NCBI RefSeq assembly: GCF_009914755.1
Contig: NC_060930.1
Direction: 5' to 3' (one strand)
Length of the DNA: 64,000 nt
Origin: the human T2T-CHM13v2.0 reference genome, Homo sapiens
Below are positions 1 through 15,831 of the stretch, piece by piece. Both the position numbers and the translations under genes were made by a program. The notes beneath the pieces are model-generated. The model was not told the origin of the DNA and ran no database searches. It was given only the letters and a program-made list of their open reading frames with translations. Position 1 is the first letter of the stretch. Every line of letters begins with the position of its first letter.

Positions 1-36
1 GCAAATTGATTAAGGAAAGAAGAGATATACACTTAA

Positions 37-214
37 TGTATATCACCAAATCTAAGATGCCATCATTCTAAGATACACCATTATTTTATGAATCAGTAAG
101 ATCGAAAAAATATTACCAAATTAAACCAGGACACAATATTTATTGTAATATGTATCTTGGTTTCAGAGATGGTAAAATATTTTTTAAAGGGTATCTTTAA
201 ATTGAGAAAATAAG
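37..214 (-). mobile_element. MER104 (Tc2-type MITE)
   Basis: tctaagatgccatc..ccattattttatg..tttcagagatggtaaaat matches the consensus. Confidence 0.8.
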
Positions 215-822
215 CATACTTTTAAGAAACCAGGGGAAAGAAGAAAAGCTGGTCATTCCGGGTACCATACAAGAAGAGTAAACTATGAGCAAAGAGCTCC
301 TAGTTATAATAAAAAGATGATAGTTTTGCAGGGTATCTTATAACTGTTGAATTGTTTTCACATACATTATTTCACTTGAGCCTCATAAAATCGCTGTTTC
401 TATTATTTCCATTTGAAAACATAAAAAAGTAACTTGGTTATTATGTCTAGTGTGATCTAATTTTTAAGAAAATTTCAAATTGTATAATGCATACTATACA
501 ATACTATTTTTATTAGTAGAAATTATATACTAATTTACATATTATTTGTATAAAAATATAAGAAGATAGCAACTATAAGTAGAAGGATTGATCAGGGTGG
601 GAAGTGGGGAGAGAGCAAGTGTTTCACTTTATATAATTTCATATTATTTGAGAGTTTTGCAGTAAGCGTGTATTTAAAATCCAATACAAATTTTTCAAAA
701 TGAGAGAAAAAACAAGGAAGATCTGCAGCGCAGAGAATGTCTGTGATTTTATGAAGGTCACACTGGTAGTAGTAGGTGGGAGAGTAGAGAAACACTGGAG
801 CCTAAAGAACCACGCTCCTTAC

Positions 823-1260
823 TGTTCTGTGGATATTGGTGGAGGCCAACAACCACTTATTTATTCAACAAAACAGGAAAGGAGGCTGGAAGGCAATTTT
901 ACTGGAAATCTATCCTTGAAAGAGAATTAATCATTGGGGGAATTATGCTAAATAATCTGCTTGCTTCTTCAAGTAGCCATTTTAATGCAGCTGAAATAAA
1001 TAAGGATGTAAAAGGCAGTTTCAAAGGAGAAAGTCATTATACAGGGATCCATGTGAAGATGTGTATGGTTCAGGGTATTGAAAAAAGAGAAACTGGTCTA
1101 CCTACATAGCCCAGTTTATAGCAACGAATGTTCATTGACCAAGTATGTATAAAAGCTGAAAGAAAGCAGGACCCATTTTGGGCAGTCTTAAGAAGGTATC
1201 CTCTTCAAAAGAAACACCACTAGATGTGCCAAAAGTCTTGGAAAAGCTATTTAAATGTGT
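823..1260 (-). pseudogene. Relic RGS pieces (1087-1260 and 823-914)
   Basis: FYTYLVNEHS; acceptor ttctctttcaag then DRFPVKLPSSLLSCFVE*ISGCWPPP. Confidence 0.4.
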
Positions 1261-1529
1261 ACTGAAGTCTTGTGAAGAAATTTTAAAGGTGAATTCCATT
1301 TACCACACACAGGAAAGTATCTTAAAATACTTTTTCTTTCCATCTCACAATAGCTCAAACATTACTGTTTCACCCATGATACTTTCTCAAAATTCCCTAG
1401 AATTCACTCTCCAAACGCAGTTCACACTGCTCTTCCCATTCTTTTCATCGCCTTTCCGTCATTCTGGTTTAGTTATTTTCTCCTACTAGAGTGGTTAGCC
1501 ACAACACACCAAAAAGGCTAGGCAAGCAT

Positions 1530-1745
1530 ATAATGAACCCTCCTTGGAAGAGAACCCTCCTTGGAAAGAGGCTCTGTGAACATGTATATAATCGGAATAT
1601 AACTGAGTCCCATGTGACCCAGGGTCTGCGTTGTATCACTGTCAAAGAAACAGCAGTCTGACGCTAGAAGCCAAGACAAATAGTGTTGATCTTTAAGTGT
1701 TTTGAAAGAGAATAGTGCAGAGGTTTCACACAGCACTTTATGTAT
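1530..1745 (-). pseudogene. Relic RGS exon (track ORF 1518..1736)
   Basis: VLCETSALFSFKTLKDQHYLSWLLASD..IPIIYMF resembles the AKAP10-type RGS start (ILFCESALFYF..FWLAADNF, from memory). Confidence 0.5.
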
Positions 1746-1846
1746 AAAGCTTCTTAAAAACTATTTCTACATCTCTCTTTGTCCCCAAAGTATCCAATTT
1801 AAAGGCAAAGGTTAGGAATCTCCAAGTAGGGGAATTTATTAGATCA

Positions 1847-1860
1847 CCACTAGGGGGAGT
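1847..1860 (+). promoter_or_regulatory. CTCF-like motif
   Basis: CCACTAGGGGGAGT versus consensus CCAsyAGrkGGCrs. Confidence 0.55.
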
Positions 1861-1889
1861 GTGACAGTAGTTTGTGATATCCTGATAAA

Positions 1890-3290
1890 GGATTCATTCA
1901 CGGCATTTCATTCGATCAATCAGCAAGTGTGTGACAAGCCACAGCTACAGGCCGGACACTGTGATAGGAACTAGGGACACCATAATGAATATGACACTTA
2001 GAGTCTGTCAGAAAATATACCTCAAGCCTTAAAATTGTATGAGTGTTATACTAATATCTTGCATAGCTAGCTCTGTGCTGGGTATTGTGCTAAAAGCTGT
2101 ACATTTAATCTTCATTTAATCGTATAATATTTTCAAGAAAACAGCGTGATAAATACGACTATTAGCTCCATTCAACAAATAAAGAAAATTGGTGTTACTC
2201 AAGAACTTACCCAAAGTCACATGTTCAGTAAAAGCTGGAGCCAGGATTTAAAACAAAGTTTACCTAACTTCTGACCTGAAGTTCTTAGCCAATGTTAAAG
2301 TACTCTTGCTTTCTAGGAGGGAGGGAACAAAAAATGGTGCCATCGTGGAAATGAATAGAAAAGATTCTGCCCCCTCATTTCAAAAGTTGGGGGGCCTGCC
2401 AGCAGCCGAACTCAGGGAAACAAAAAGACAGAATATCCAGAGGAAAACCTCTTTGGAATGAGGTCCTGGTGGAGGCTACAAAACATAGCTTGGCTCATAG
2501 TGTGCAAAGCAAGGTATGGGGAATGGACCTTTAGTGAGGGGAGGCCAATTCTGCAAAGAGACTGTGTGGTCACCGTATGAATGGACTCTTAAAAGATTGG
2601 CATTGGTAGGAATCTCAATTTCTCTCAGGGATGCAACAAACATGAAAACGCGTATAATCAACAGCATCAGCTCTGACTTCAAAGCAGGTTTGGGATAGAG
2701 CTGCAACTCATTAGCTGTGGGGTGGGGCTTTGGGTAAATCCTTAACTTTTCTGCTCCCCAGTTTACTTATGCATAAGTAATTTGATGTTTAAAATGAGTA
2801 AGTAAGTGGTAATTGTTAAGATTATATTGTATATAAAAATTGCTTAGTCCAGTAACAGGTATGGAATATACCTGCAACAAATGATAGGTGTTACTATTGC
2901 AGGCTGTTTGCAGATTAAATGCTTCCCTTGTTGTTTTCTATGGACCAAATTTCTTTCTAGTGTTTTGAGAATTTAAACAAATAGATCTTGTTGGACTACT
3001 CAATATGCAATGTGTTTTTGGCATTCCAGATGGAGCATTACTAATTTTAATTCTTTTAATCTATTCCTTTAGTTACCATTTATGGCATTTACTACATCAT
3101 ACAGCACGCTAAGGAGTTTATATATATCATGGCATTTCATTCTCACAGCAAATCTACAAGGCGAGCACTATTATTAATCCTGTTTTAGAGATAAGGCTTC
3201 TTAGGCATGTGACTTGCTGAAGGCCACATACGGGTAGATCTTGGTGCCAGGTTTTGAGTTCATTTCTGCTACCTATGCTTAAACAGAGAT
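1890..3290. mobile_element. Cluster of L2 and MIR fragments
   Basis: L2 tail-like ttcattca at ~1893; MIR cores at ~2060-2290, ~2650-2900 and ~3070-3280. Confidence 0.6.
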
Positions 3291-3879
3291 ATTTTCAAGA
3301 AGGTGACTAGTAGTCTCTCAGGTGGGGCAGTGGGGCAATCAGAGCTTCCTTTCTCTGTACACATGAGGCCTCCTTCTTGGCCCACCTTGCTTATAAGCTT
3401 TACCTTGATGCATGTCTAAGTCATCATGGAGAGCAAGATCACCTACATGGAGGAGAGGGGAGGGGGAGGTAGGACCAGTCGAGGAGGGCTTATGCTCCCA
3501 CTCTGGAGGTGGCATCTAGGACTGTGATCCATGAGCTACTTTTGTAAATGGGGTTGAGTTAATGAGGCTCACCACTGCTGACAGGAATGGGCATGGGGAC
3601 CGTGGTTTAGCTGTGGAATAGCTGTTGCTGGGACTACCTCCAGCTCTGGGCTGGGCCTTTTAGTATGTGTGATGTATTTCACATCCAGTGGCTCATCTGA
3701 AATCCTTTAAAATGCCCATGGGTCTCTGAGCTCTAGAGGTGAAGTATTATGAAAGGATGAATGTCCAGGGAGTGGCAAAGCTTGAGGAAATTCAAAGCTT
3801 TCCATGTAGTGAGAGCATGCAGCCACTCAGGCTCCATTTCTTCTTGGAAAGTTTTCTTTCTTTTTTCTTTTGGATATTC

Positions 3880-4160
3880 TATCTGACTGGGATTATCACA
3901 TTTTGATTTTCTTGGAATGGCTCAGAGCTCAGAACTGTGGAAAATGGAAAGCTAGTGTGAATGTTCTTTCCTTTCTCAGGGATTTGGAGTCTTATTACTG
4001 TATGGTTTCAGCTTTCCATGATTTGTTATTTAATGTCGTGGTCTAAAGAAAGTGTAACACTATCATTTTGCTTTCCTGGGATTTCTGTCAGAGCTGTCAT
4101 TGTTGATAATTTATAACCTATTCTATTTTCAAAAAAACATTTGAAGTAGTTTTCAATATG
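3880..4160 (-). pseudogene. Relic RGS exon
   Basis: ENYFKCFFENRIGYKL / RKAK-MIVLHFL / RLQIPEKGKNIHTSFPFSTVLSSEPFQENQNVI. Confidence 0.6.
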
Positions 4161-4366
4161 AAATAAATATAATACAGTACAATTATAAACATTCACATGT
4201 AGATCCAATATTTTAATTAAAAGGTGATAGCTAGATGTAGTCATTATATGGGATTAGTAAACTATTACAAGTGAAATTTAAATTTAGTTATGAGCTTCTT
4301 GGAAAACATGGTAAGGTCAACCTGATGGAGTTTACAGTTTTTCTGAACTGAGAAAAAAAGAAAGTA

Positions 4367-4711
4367 GAGTAAGACCTTCATATCCACTGGTTCTGCATCC
4401 GTGGATTCAACCAAATGCAGATCAAAAATATTTGGAAATCAAAGATTGTGTCTGTAGTCTGTATTAAACATGTGCATACTTTTTCTGGGTCAGTATTTCC
4501 AAAACAAAACAGTATGACAATGATTTATATAGCATTTACATCATATTAGGTATTATAGATACTCTAGAGATGATTTAAAATATATGGGAGAATGTGCAAT
4601 GGTTATATCCAAACATTATACCATTTTTTATCAGGCACATAAGCATCCATGGATTTTGGTGTCCATGAGATGTCCTAGAACCAATCCCCAATGGATATTG
4701 AGAGATGAATG
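4367..4711 (-). mobile_element. MER2 (Tigger-type MITE)
   Basis: ggttctgcatccgtggattcaacc..ctagagatgatttaaa..ggattttgg; TA flanks. Confidence 0.9.
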
Positions 4712-4924
4712 TATACAAGTTGTTCTTGTAGGGAGAGAATTCTTCCTGGAACAGTATTCTAGTTGAAGAAATGTGTAAGTTTTTGTATTATAGAAATATA
4801 TGAGGGTATAGGTATAAATTTCTCCTTATATACATAAATAGATATATGTGTGCAGGTACACAAATGAAATATATACATATTTGCCCTGGTGTGTGTATGC
4901 ATACAGACATGCATTCATATTTAT

Positions 4925-5401
4925 TGTGTTGGGCAGACTAATGGCCACCCCCAGATGTCTACATCCTATTCCCTGGAATTTATTAATGGGTTAGGTTAGG
5001 GGAATTATTTTGCATATTAAGGTTGCTAGCAACTTAAATCTAGAATAGAGAGATTATCCTGGGTTTTTTGGGTTGGCCCAGTGCAATCACAAGAGTTCTT
5101 AGAAGAGAGAAGCAGAAGAGGTCAGAGTCATACAATATGAGAAGGACTCAACCTGCTGCCTTTGAAGGTGGAGAAAGAAGACCAGAAGCCAAAGGATGAG
5201 GGACATCTCCAGTAACTGGAAAAGGCAAGAAGACAGATTATCTCTTAGAGTCTCTGGAAAGGAACTCAGTCTTGCTGACACCTTGATTCTAGCCTCATGA
5301 GATCCCATGTCAGACTTCTGACCTACAAAGCTGTAAGATAAATCTGGGTTAAGCCACTAAGTTGTGGTAATTTGTTACAGCAGCAATAGAAAATGAATAC
5401 A
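4925..5401 (+). mobile_element. MLT1D-like MaLR solo LTR
   Basis: TG start; aagccactaagttgtggtaatttgttacagcagcaatagaaaatgaataca end. Confidence 0.85.
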
Positions 5402-5674
5402 CACAGATGTATATCTATATATACGTATAGAGGACAGAAAAAGAGGAAAAAGAAATCAGTAAAGATATTTCTATAAGGAGTTAAGATAATGCCGTTAGTC
5501 TAGGTACCTTTACTGCAAAGATACAAGTTACTTCTCATGTGTAAATACAATTATACAATAGTATACAATTGTGAAAAATTACAGCAACTTATGGTTTCTT
5601 GGATAGCCAATCGAGTTTTAAAATTTAGTTCACATTAAAGTAGAATTCTTGACTTCCTCAAAGCTTGTTACTAC

Positions 5675-5869
5675 CAATAATGTGCTGGAGCCAATTTCTA
5701 CCAGGTCCCGAAAGCCAACTGGTGACCATTTCTCATTCAGTGACATTATGTATGCAGATGGAATTAGGCAATGGTGGGAGTATTTATACCCTTGATATGC
5801 CAAACACTACAAATCAGGGATTTTTTCCTCTTGAGAGTTGGTTGTTAAACATTTACTAGCAGATCATTG
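5675..5869 (+). mobile_element. MER63 (hAT MITE)
   Basis: tgtgctggagcc..gggagtatttatacc..ttgttaaacatttactagc. Confidence 0.75.
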
Positions 5870-5879
5870 CTTTAATAGG

Positions 5880-6620
5880 TTTACTCATTTCAGTAAGTGG
5901 TATGACTGTCCACCTAGGTGCCAAAAATCTAGAAGATGTCTTTGATTTCTCTTTCCTTCATGGCATAATCTAATTAATTGGCTAGTCCTGCCACATCTAT
6001 TTTGAAATTATCCCCACTTTTAAAAACCTACACAGTTACCACTCTAATCTAAGCTATCAGTATGTCTTGCCTGGACCATTGCAATGTAATGGACCTTCTG
6101 GATTCTACTGTTCTCCCTTTCCATCTTTTTATATATCACATTATATCACTTCACTGCTTAAAACCTTCCACTATTCTTAGAATAAAACATAAGCTCCTTA
6201 ACTCCAGTCTACAATCCCTCCCTTCCTTGCCTCAGTTCAACTCTCCAGTTTCATCCTGACTTCTCTTCATGAGCTCCCTGTGTTCTGACCTCATTGATCT
6301 CTCTGTTCCTAAATTCACCAACCTCATTTCTGTCCTAAGGCTTTTGCCATAGCAGTTTCCTTTGCTGTGAGTGTCCCTCTGCCTCCCCCAAGATCTGTGC
6401 ATGGATGCCTCTTCCTTTTCAATCAGGACTTAGCTTAAATGTCTCCACTTCAGTGAGTCCTTTCCTGGACCAACCAATCTAACATAGTCTATAACATTCC
6501 TATACGACCCCGTATCATTTTCATCTTAGTATTTGTTCTAATCTATTATTTGCTTATTCATTTATGATGGCTGGCACACGGTAGTCTCCTAAGAATTGCT
6601 TGTTGAAAGAACAAATTAAA
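5880..6620 (+). mobile_element. L2a 3' part
   Basis: cctggaccattgcaat, cactgcttaaaaccttcca, tggcacacggtag..tgttgaa motifs. Confidence 0.75.
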
Positions 6621-7270
6621 TTAGAAGGCATTTAGAGTGTTATAAAACAGTGTCTATACTTCTATGAAAAAGTATGTCAGATGAAGAAAGGACAGTTTCT
6701 TTCCTGTCTGAGACATAGTGGCAGGGGTTGGCAGGTAAAACCTTGTTAATGTTGACCTGGGATAAGAAAGTGAAAATGGCTGAAGTAGCAGAAATGTAAG
6801 TCAGAAGGTCAAACAACCAAATGAGCTTGGGTAAGATATTGCAGTCTCAGTAAAAGGTGTCTAAGTGTCAGATATCTGGATGGAGATGGTGACTAAGAAA
6901 TGCTGAACTGTAAGCAAGAAAAATATGAAGGCAGAGTCAGGTCTGTCCTGGGTCTTGAATTAAAAGGCAGGGGAGCTAGCAATGGTGCTCAGATATCCTC
7001 CCCAATTCTATAAGGTGGTGCTTCCTTTTCCTGAACTCTTTCTGAAGCCCTCCTCCAGGCCTGACTTTGCCCATCCTAAAGGCCTAACTTACTTTCAGAT
7101 ACCACACTGAGTTTCCTCCTTGGAGATGTTCCAGGAGAGAGAAATACTACACTGCTAGAGCTCATGGTTTTTCCCATAATAGAGAGATGGTTGCGTTCAT
7201 TCATTGCTTTTCATGCTCTCTAGGCATAAAAAGGGAAACTTGTTTTTCATTGTTACATTGATGATTTTCT

Positions 7271-10284
<3,014 letters not shown>

Positions 10285-11979
10285 CAACTGGCTTCTTATT
10301 TTACAAAGAGATTTGTCTTTTGATCTGCTTCAGGTCACAAAGATAGTGGCAGACTCTAGACAACAATCTCTATTTCCTGGCTTCACAACTAGTTAATTTG
10401 AAGTGGAGACAGGCATTAAATTGTCATAGGCAAAGTTAGAGAAAAATAAATAAATAAGTTACTATCAAGATAAGGGATTTATTAAACTATAGCGAAGCCC
10501 TCCCGATGTCTTATAGAGTGGGCTCAGCTTAGTCTCTTCTTATCCTTCCAACCTGAAAAGGCTGGAAGGAAATGACATGATAATGGAAATCAAAATGACA
10601 TTCTGAATGCTGGTCAGGGGCCTGGGAAGATTCTGAGGGAGTTGGGATGAAGTATAGATTAGACTATGTTAGATATAATTATTCATTATAGCATATACTA
10701 TTATTTTCTAATTCTTTGAAAATTTGTAATACTTGGCTACTGCGTTTAGCCAGAGGCACTCATTTCTTGACTACTTCAGATAAAGAGACTTTGACTGTGA
10801 ACGATTTTGATAGTATTATACAATTCTTACTTGTAGGCTCTTCCTCTGTAACATAAATATTTCAGTTTATTCTTATTTCTTCTTGAAGAGAATTGGTTTA
10901 TCACGTACCTGGCTTATAGTAGATATAGTAGTCATGAGAGAGGAAAAAAACTGTGCATATAAAACAACTATAACAGAAAGACATAGATGATGATAGTAAT
11001 ATGATATTGTTAATTATCTTCAGAACTCTGAGTTAAATCTCAAAGTGTTGGGTCAAAATATCCCATTTTCTTCAGCCTTTCTCTTCCAAGTTTTCCTTTT
11101 TAATCCTTTAATTGCCTTTTGATAATCCCTGTTTAATAAAGTCCTGTATATTCTTTATTAATTTGGTGGGTGTAGGATATGATAGTGTTCTAAGTCCTAT
11201 AAATTGCTGAGATTGGCAATTTAATAAGATTTTTTGAAAGTTATTAAAGTCATTGAATTTCTATAATGCACAAGGCACTGTGAGAGATGGGCTCTGTCTT
11301 CCAGCTTACATTCCAGTCATTGTTTTCATAGCATGTTTGGAGCCTTGTTTAATAAATGGAAAGAGAAAGACCATGTTTTGTTTCCTATGCCAATGCTCCC
11401 TAAAGCTAGCAATGCCCCATGAAAAAGAGGAAATGCCATGATAATGGAAATAGAAAATTGGGCATTTTTCCACATTAGGAGGGAGGATAATTCAGGTCCC
11501 ATTAGAAGCTGAATCATTGTTTTGGTTGTTTGAATAGCATATAAGTTGAATTATAGCAGATGAGAAAAATCCTCTCAAGATAGGAAAAAGAAAATATGTC
11601 TTCTTAAACATAACTTTTGGCATATTAAAAATGCAGAGTGCTTTGACAGTTTCATATCTCAATTTAAAAAATAATTTTGTATGTGGGTAATTATGGGAGA
11701 TAAAGCAGAGGTTAGATGATGCCAACAGTTATTTTCTTTGGCTTTGGGTGATACAAGCCAAGGGTGCAGACTACTCATATGTATTATAAATAAATGGCAT
11801 TAAAATCCTGGGTAGGTGAGGACAAATGGAGGTAATTATTTACCTGTAGAAGCCAGTGCAAAACTGTTGGTAGCTATCTATATGTTTTCTGCTTGGTGGC
11901 TTCCTCTCCCAAGACCTGAATTTTAGGTGAAGTGTTGGGGCCAGAAGATCATTTCAATCACTAACACTCAGTACTTTGG

Positions 11980-13050
11980 GAGCTCACTAATTTATATAAT
12001 AAACATTTTTAGAATGCACATTACATTTCAAGGCATTGGACTGGAATATAACACTAGACATGTCAGAGAAAGTCCCTGCCCTCATGAAACTTACAGTGTA
12101 GTGGAGAGGAAGATATTGCACAAGTGATTATGAATGTGATGGGTGGTATAAGAAAATTGACGGTGTTCTAGAATCACATAGCCAGCTAACCTCATCCAGT
12201 CTGGTAAGAGATAATAATTTATGTAAGCAAGCGACATTCAAATTGAGATGCAAAGGATTAGTGTGAGTTAATAAATGAAGTCCAGTGTCTATTTGCATAC
12301 GAGAGAGATGGAAAGATATAGTGCTATATCTGGAAGGCAAAAATGAGTTAGAAAAATTTCAAGCAGAAAATGCCTCATGTGAGGGAACCTAGATGTGGCT
12401 GGAGTGCAGTGAGTAGAGGCGTGAGTTGGGACATGAAGCCGGGTAGACTGGCATGAACCTGATCATTCAGGGTTGTGTCAGACTTCTATGCCTTGTCATG
12501 AGGGTAACCGGGGCGCTGAAGGATAGGATTTTATTTGGTGAGAAAAGATCCCCTGGCTTCAGTGAGGCAAGGATGGAAATGACTGCATCGGTCAATGGCC
12601 TGTTGTAGAAATCTAAGCGAGGGGGCCGTCTCAAATTTTCAGTTATTAACTCCCTGTTGGCCATCTTTGGGGATGACTGTTTCATTTGCCCTCTCCTTTT
12701 TCATTTCGGCTCTCCTTATAAACTCTTTCTTTCCCAAGTCTTTTCCATCTCCAATCTGTTTTGTAAACTACGGGCCGATTAATCATCTTAGAACACCTAA
12801 AACATGTGTATATCTCCTTCCCATTTACAAAGCCTCCCGGAAGCCTCCCTGGTGTACCCAACTCCACGCGTGCGCAGTTACCATTTCTACTTCTGGACGC
12901 TCTAGCCCTCCTGGATCCTGTTTGGTCTCTCCCTTGTCACCAAGTGCACCATAGACACTGCTTCCACGGCCTGAACTATCTTTCCATTTGCCTGTATCAC
13001 ACTGAAGCTGAAGAAGTCCCAACTCCCCTGCGAAGCCTTCTCAGATTTTA
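11980..13050. mobile_element. L2 fragments (minus ~11980-12620, plus ~12740-13050)
   Basis: gtccctgccctcatgaaacttaca, gtggctggagtgcagtgag motifs. Confidence 0.65.
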
Positions 13051-13130
13051 TGTTCTTTCTTAATGTACTCACTCCAGAGAACCCATTGGAACCAATTGTT
13101 TAACAACTGCTACATTCTACTGTAAGTCAT
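12420..13130. promoter_or_regulatory. CpG-retaining patch with ETS and NRF1-like motifs (candidate promoter/enhancer)
   Basis: About 17 CpG in ~620 bp in an otherwise CpG-poor window; CCGGAAG 12837-12843; CGCGTGCGCA 12867-12876; GTAAGT at 13122. Confidence 0.45.
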
Positions 13131-13371
13131 TGTTTCAAGTATATTTCTTGCTCAACAGTTGTATTGATGGCTTCTTTTACAAACAAAATATACAATAAAT
13201 GATGAGGAATATTGCTGTTATCAAAAGTAACATTTTAGAATAATGACAAATATTATCCACTTAAATAATTTATGGCTTCCGATTGCTTTATCGTTTTTGG
13301 TTAAAGCTGATGGCGTTTTTTTCCTAAAATTATAATTTTAAAATAATTTTACTTTTAAGTGCATTACATAA

Positions 13372-13448
13372 TTAGGGTGGTGCAAAATTGCAGTTTTTTT
13401 CATTACTTTTAATGTATATTAACTGCAATTACTTTTGTACCAACCTAT
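13372..13448. mobile_element. MADE1 mariner MITE
   Basis: ttagggtggtgcaaaattgc..gcaattacttttgtaccaaccta palindrome. Confidence 0.9.
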
Positions 13449-13466
13449 ACTTAGTTAATGACATAC

Positions 13467-13740
13467 TTTTATTTGAAGAGTAAGTCCCTTAAAAAAATAC
13501 AAAGATGTTACATATATTGCTTTAGTGCTAGTGAATACTTCTTTTTTTCATATTTTGGAAAGGAGAGTTTACGGTTAATGGAGATGTTTCATGGAAATAT
13601 TTAAAACTAGTCGTGTTTACATATGAATTAAATTCCTTTTCCCTTCAGTATAAACATTTTTGCAGAACAGAATATTCTGTGCTGGGAAATTCCTTTCTGT
13701 TTTACCTATACTGTGTTGAACTTAGGCAAGCACATAGCAT
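13467..13740 (-). pseudogene. Relic RGS exon
   Basis: LCACLSSTQYR / FPAQNILFCKNVY / SFKYFHETSPLTVNSPFQNMKK..FKGLTLQIK, then donor gtatgt. Confidence 0.65.
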
Positions 13741-14479
13741 ATGCTATATTAAATCAGAATAGACCTACTTATTTTGATTAATAATGACTTTTTGAGCCAT
13801 CTAGTATTTCTTCATTGAAGAATAACAAGGTTACTGTGGTACTTTATTTTTTAGCTCTAAATAGAACTATATTCAACTAAGGGCAAGCAGATTTATTTTC
13901 TTTGACTCAGCAAATATTTATTGAGTGATAACAGGATGTCACACATTGTATTAATTTCTGGAGAATCTCTGACTTCATTGAGCATTATCTAGAAGGAAAT
14001 TAAGGAAAGAAAGTCAGCAGTTACAGCACACAACACACACATATTTTGATAAAGTGGGATAGGAAAACTGTAATATTCTCTGGAGCATTCCTAAGCCAGG
14101 CATCAGGGAAGACTTCTAGAAGAAGATGACCTTCACTCAGGTGCTATCATAGCAGGCAACAGGTATTAAGGTCCTATGGTGATAGAACAGTCCTGGATTT
14201 CAGGATGGAAGAGGTGGGGGCATAAATGAAATGAAAGGCAAGATTGAAGTAATGTATGTCCAAGAATTCTGAGTTGGAGCCATGTTGGAGAACTTTGCAA
14301 CCTTGAAGAGAAAGTCTTCCCCAGTGAAGCTGCTTTTTCATTTTTATTCTTTTTATGTTAAAAAGACTTTAAAGGAAGAAGTTACCTTCATGTTAAACAG
14401 CCAAGATTTTTAGAATGTAGAGCTTATTTATTCTTTACATCAGTAAAATTAAAGATTTTGTCCCTTTTCCAGCCTCTTA

Positions 14480-14998
14480 GAGATTTCTTAAGCACAGAGA
14501 CACGAGCTCCAATTACATTGAGTTACTGAGTCAAGTTGCTGGAAAGGAACACTTCTGCAGCAAGACTGTATCCCCGAAAGGATATTTGTCGTCTGTAGAC
14601 TGGAACCTTACAGCTCTGGAAATATCACTTATATGGGGCTCAGAATTATTTATTAAGAAAAGAATTTATTAAGAAAAGGAATGTGATGTCCTGAGAAGAA
14701 GAAGTAATGAATATCACAGTGCCCACAGAATCTCGTTAGCTGTTTTAATAAAAAGATTTTTTCAAGTTAATTATTGGTAATCATGATTACAATTAGATAT
14801 TTTCCCTACTACTTTTCACCATTAGTGACTTGAATCCCTTTTAATTGAATTTCATAAATGATATGAATAGAGGCAGAGGACAAAGAAGGTGGATCTGAAC
14901 TGTCACCAGAAGCTGTGCCTTATTTCTTGCCGTATTGGCCACAATTTGAAGAATACCAGTTTGATTCAAGGAGCTCTTTGGCCGGTTCCAAAGGACAA
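14480..14998 (-). pseudogene. Relic RGS domain in two pieces (14895-14998 and 14480-14690)
   Basis: KELLESNWYSSNCGQYGKK / HSFW*QFR. After acceptor cttcttcttctcag, and removing a 16-bp duplication: DITFLFLINNSEPHISDISRAVR. Confidence 0.5.
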
Positions 14999-15831
14999 TC
15001 TAGTTCAATTCGTATGGTGAGATGGAGAAACTGAGACTAGTTCCAAACTTCCTACTAGTGGCTTAGAATATAGAATGCTTATTATAAAAAAGCAGACTCA
15101 GAGACAAAGAAAAGAAAAGAATACAGAATGCTTATTTTAGGAAAAAATATCTGCCAAGTTTTCTTCTTTATGTTGATGTAGATTTAAGCTTTAGCTTTTG
15201 AATATACATTTGAAGTGACTGTTCATATGGAATACCATCCAGTAGAAGAATAAAGTATTTCCAGATGCTGTTCCTTTGTAACCAAATGTTAGATTTGGCA
15301 GAAATCAGAGGAATTTTGCCACCTGACATTGCAGCTCCCTGGAATGACTGCCTGCCCTGCCACTGTGGCAAACGAAGCAGATCGCAGGTGTTCCCTTCCC
15401 TGCAGCCTTTTCTCTCCATCTGCCATCCCAAAGACTACTGAGTATTATGATTGGGAAGTGAGAGTCTTTCCTATCTTTGGGTGGTCGTAATGTCTTCTTC
15501 CTTCACTGTTAAAGGAATATATCTTCATGAAGTGAAAAGGTCTTGTGAGAGCTGCGCAGTTTGATTCTAGGCAAGGAAATCTATCGGACTTAATAACCCT
15601 CTTTCCTTTCAGAAGCACTATCCCCTAGGGCCATGCAATTTGAGGTTAAAATTAGGGCAACACTATGTAGGATGTGTTGTCTAAACTCCTGCAATTAAGT
15701 CTTTGGTCTGAGAGGTTACCGGTCCTTGACCAAGTTTATGTTTTTTCTCTGTCCTTAATTATGAACATTTGAAAAAAAATTTTTAAGGAACAAAGAGTTG
15801 GCAATTTTGCTGGCCAGTATTTTTAAAAAAT

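Noticed and set aside
14473-14700. Plus-strand open stretch with WD40-like words (SPKGYL, SVDWN)
   Set aside because: Isolated, and antisense to a better-supported RGS relic.
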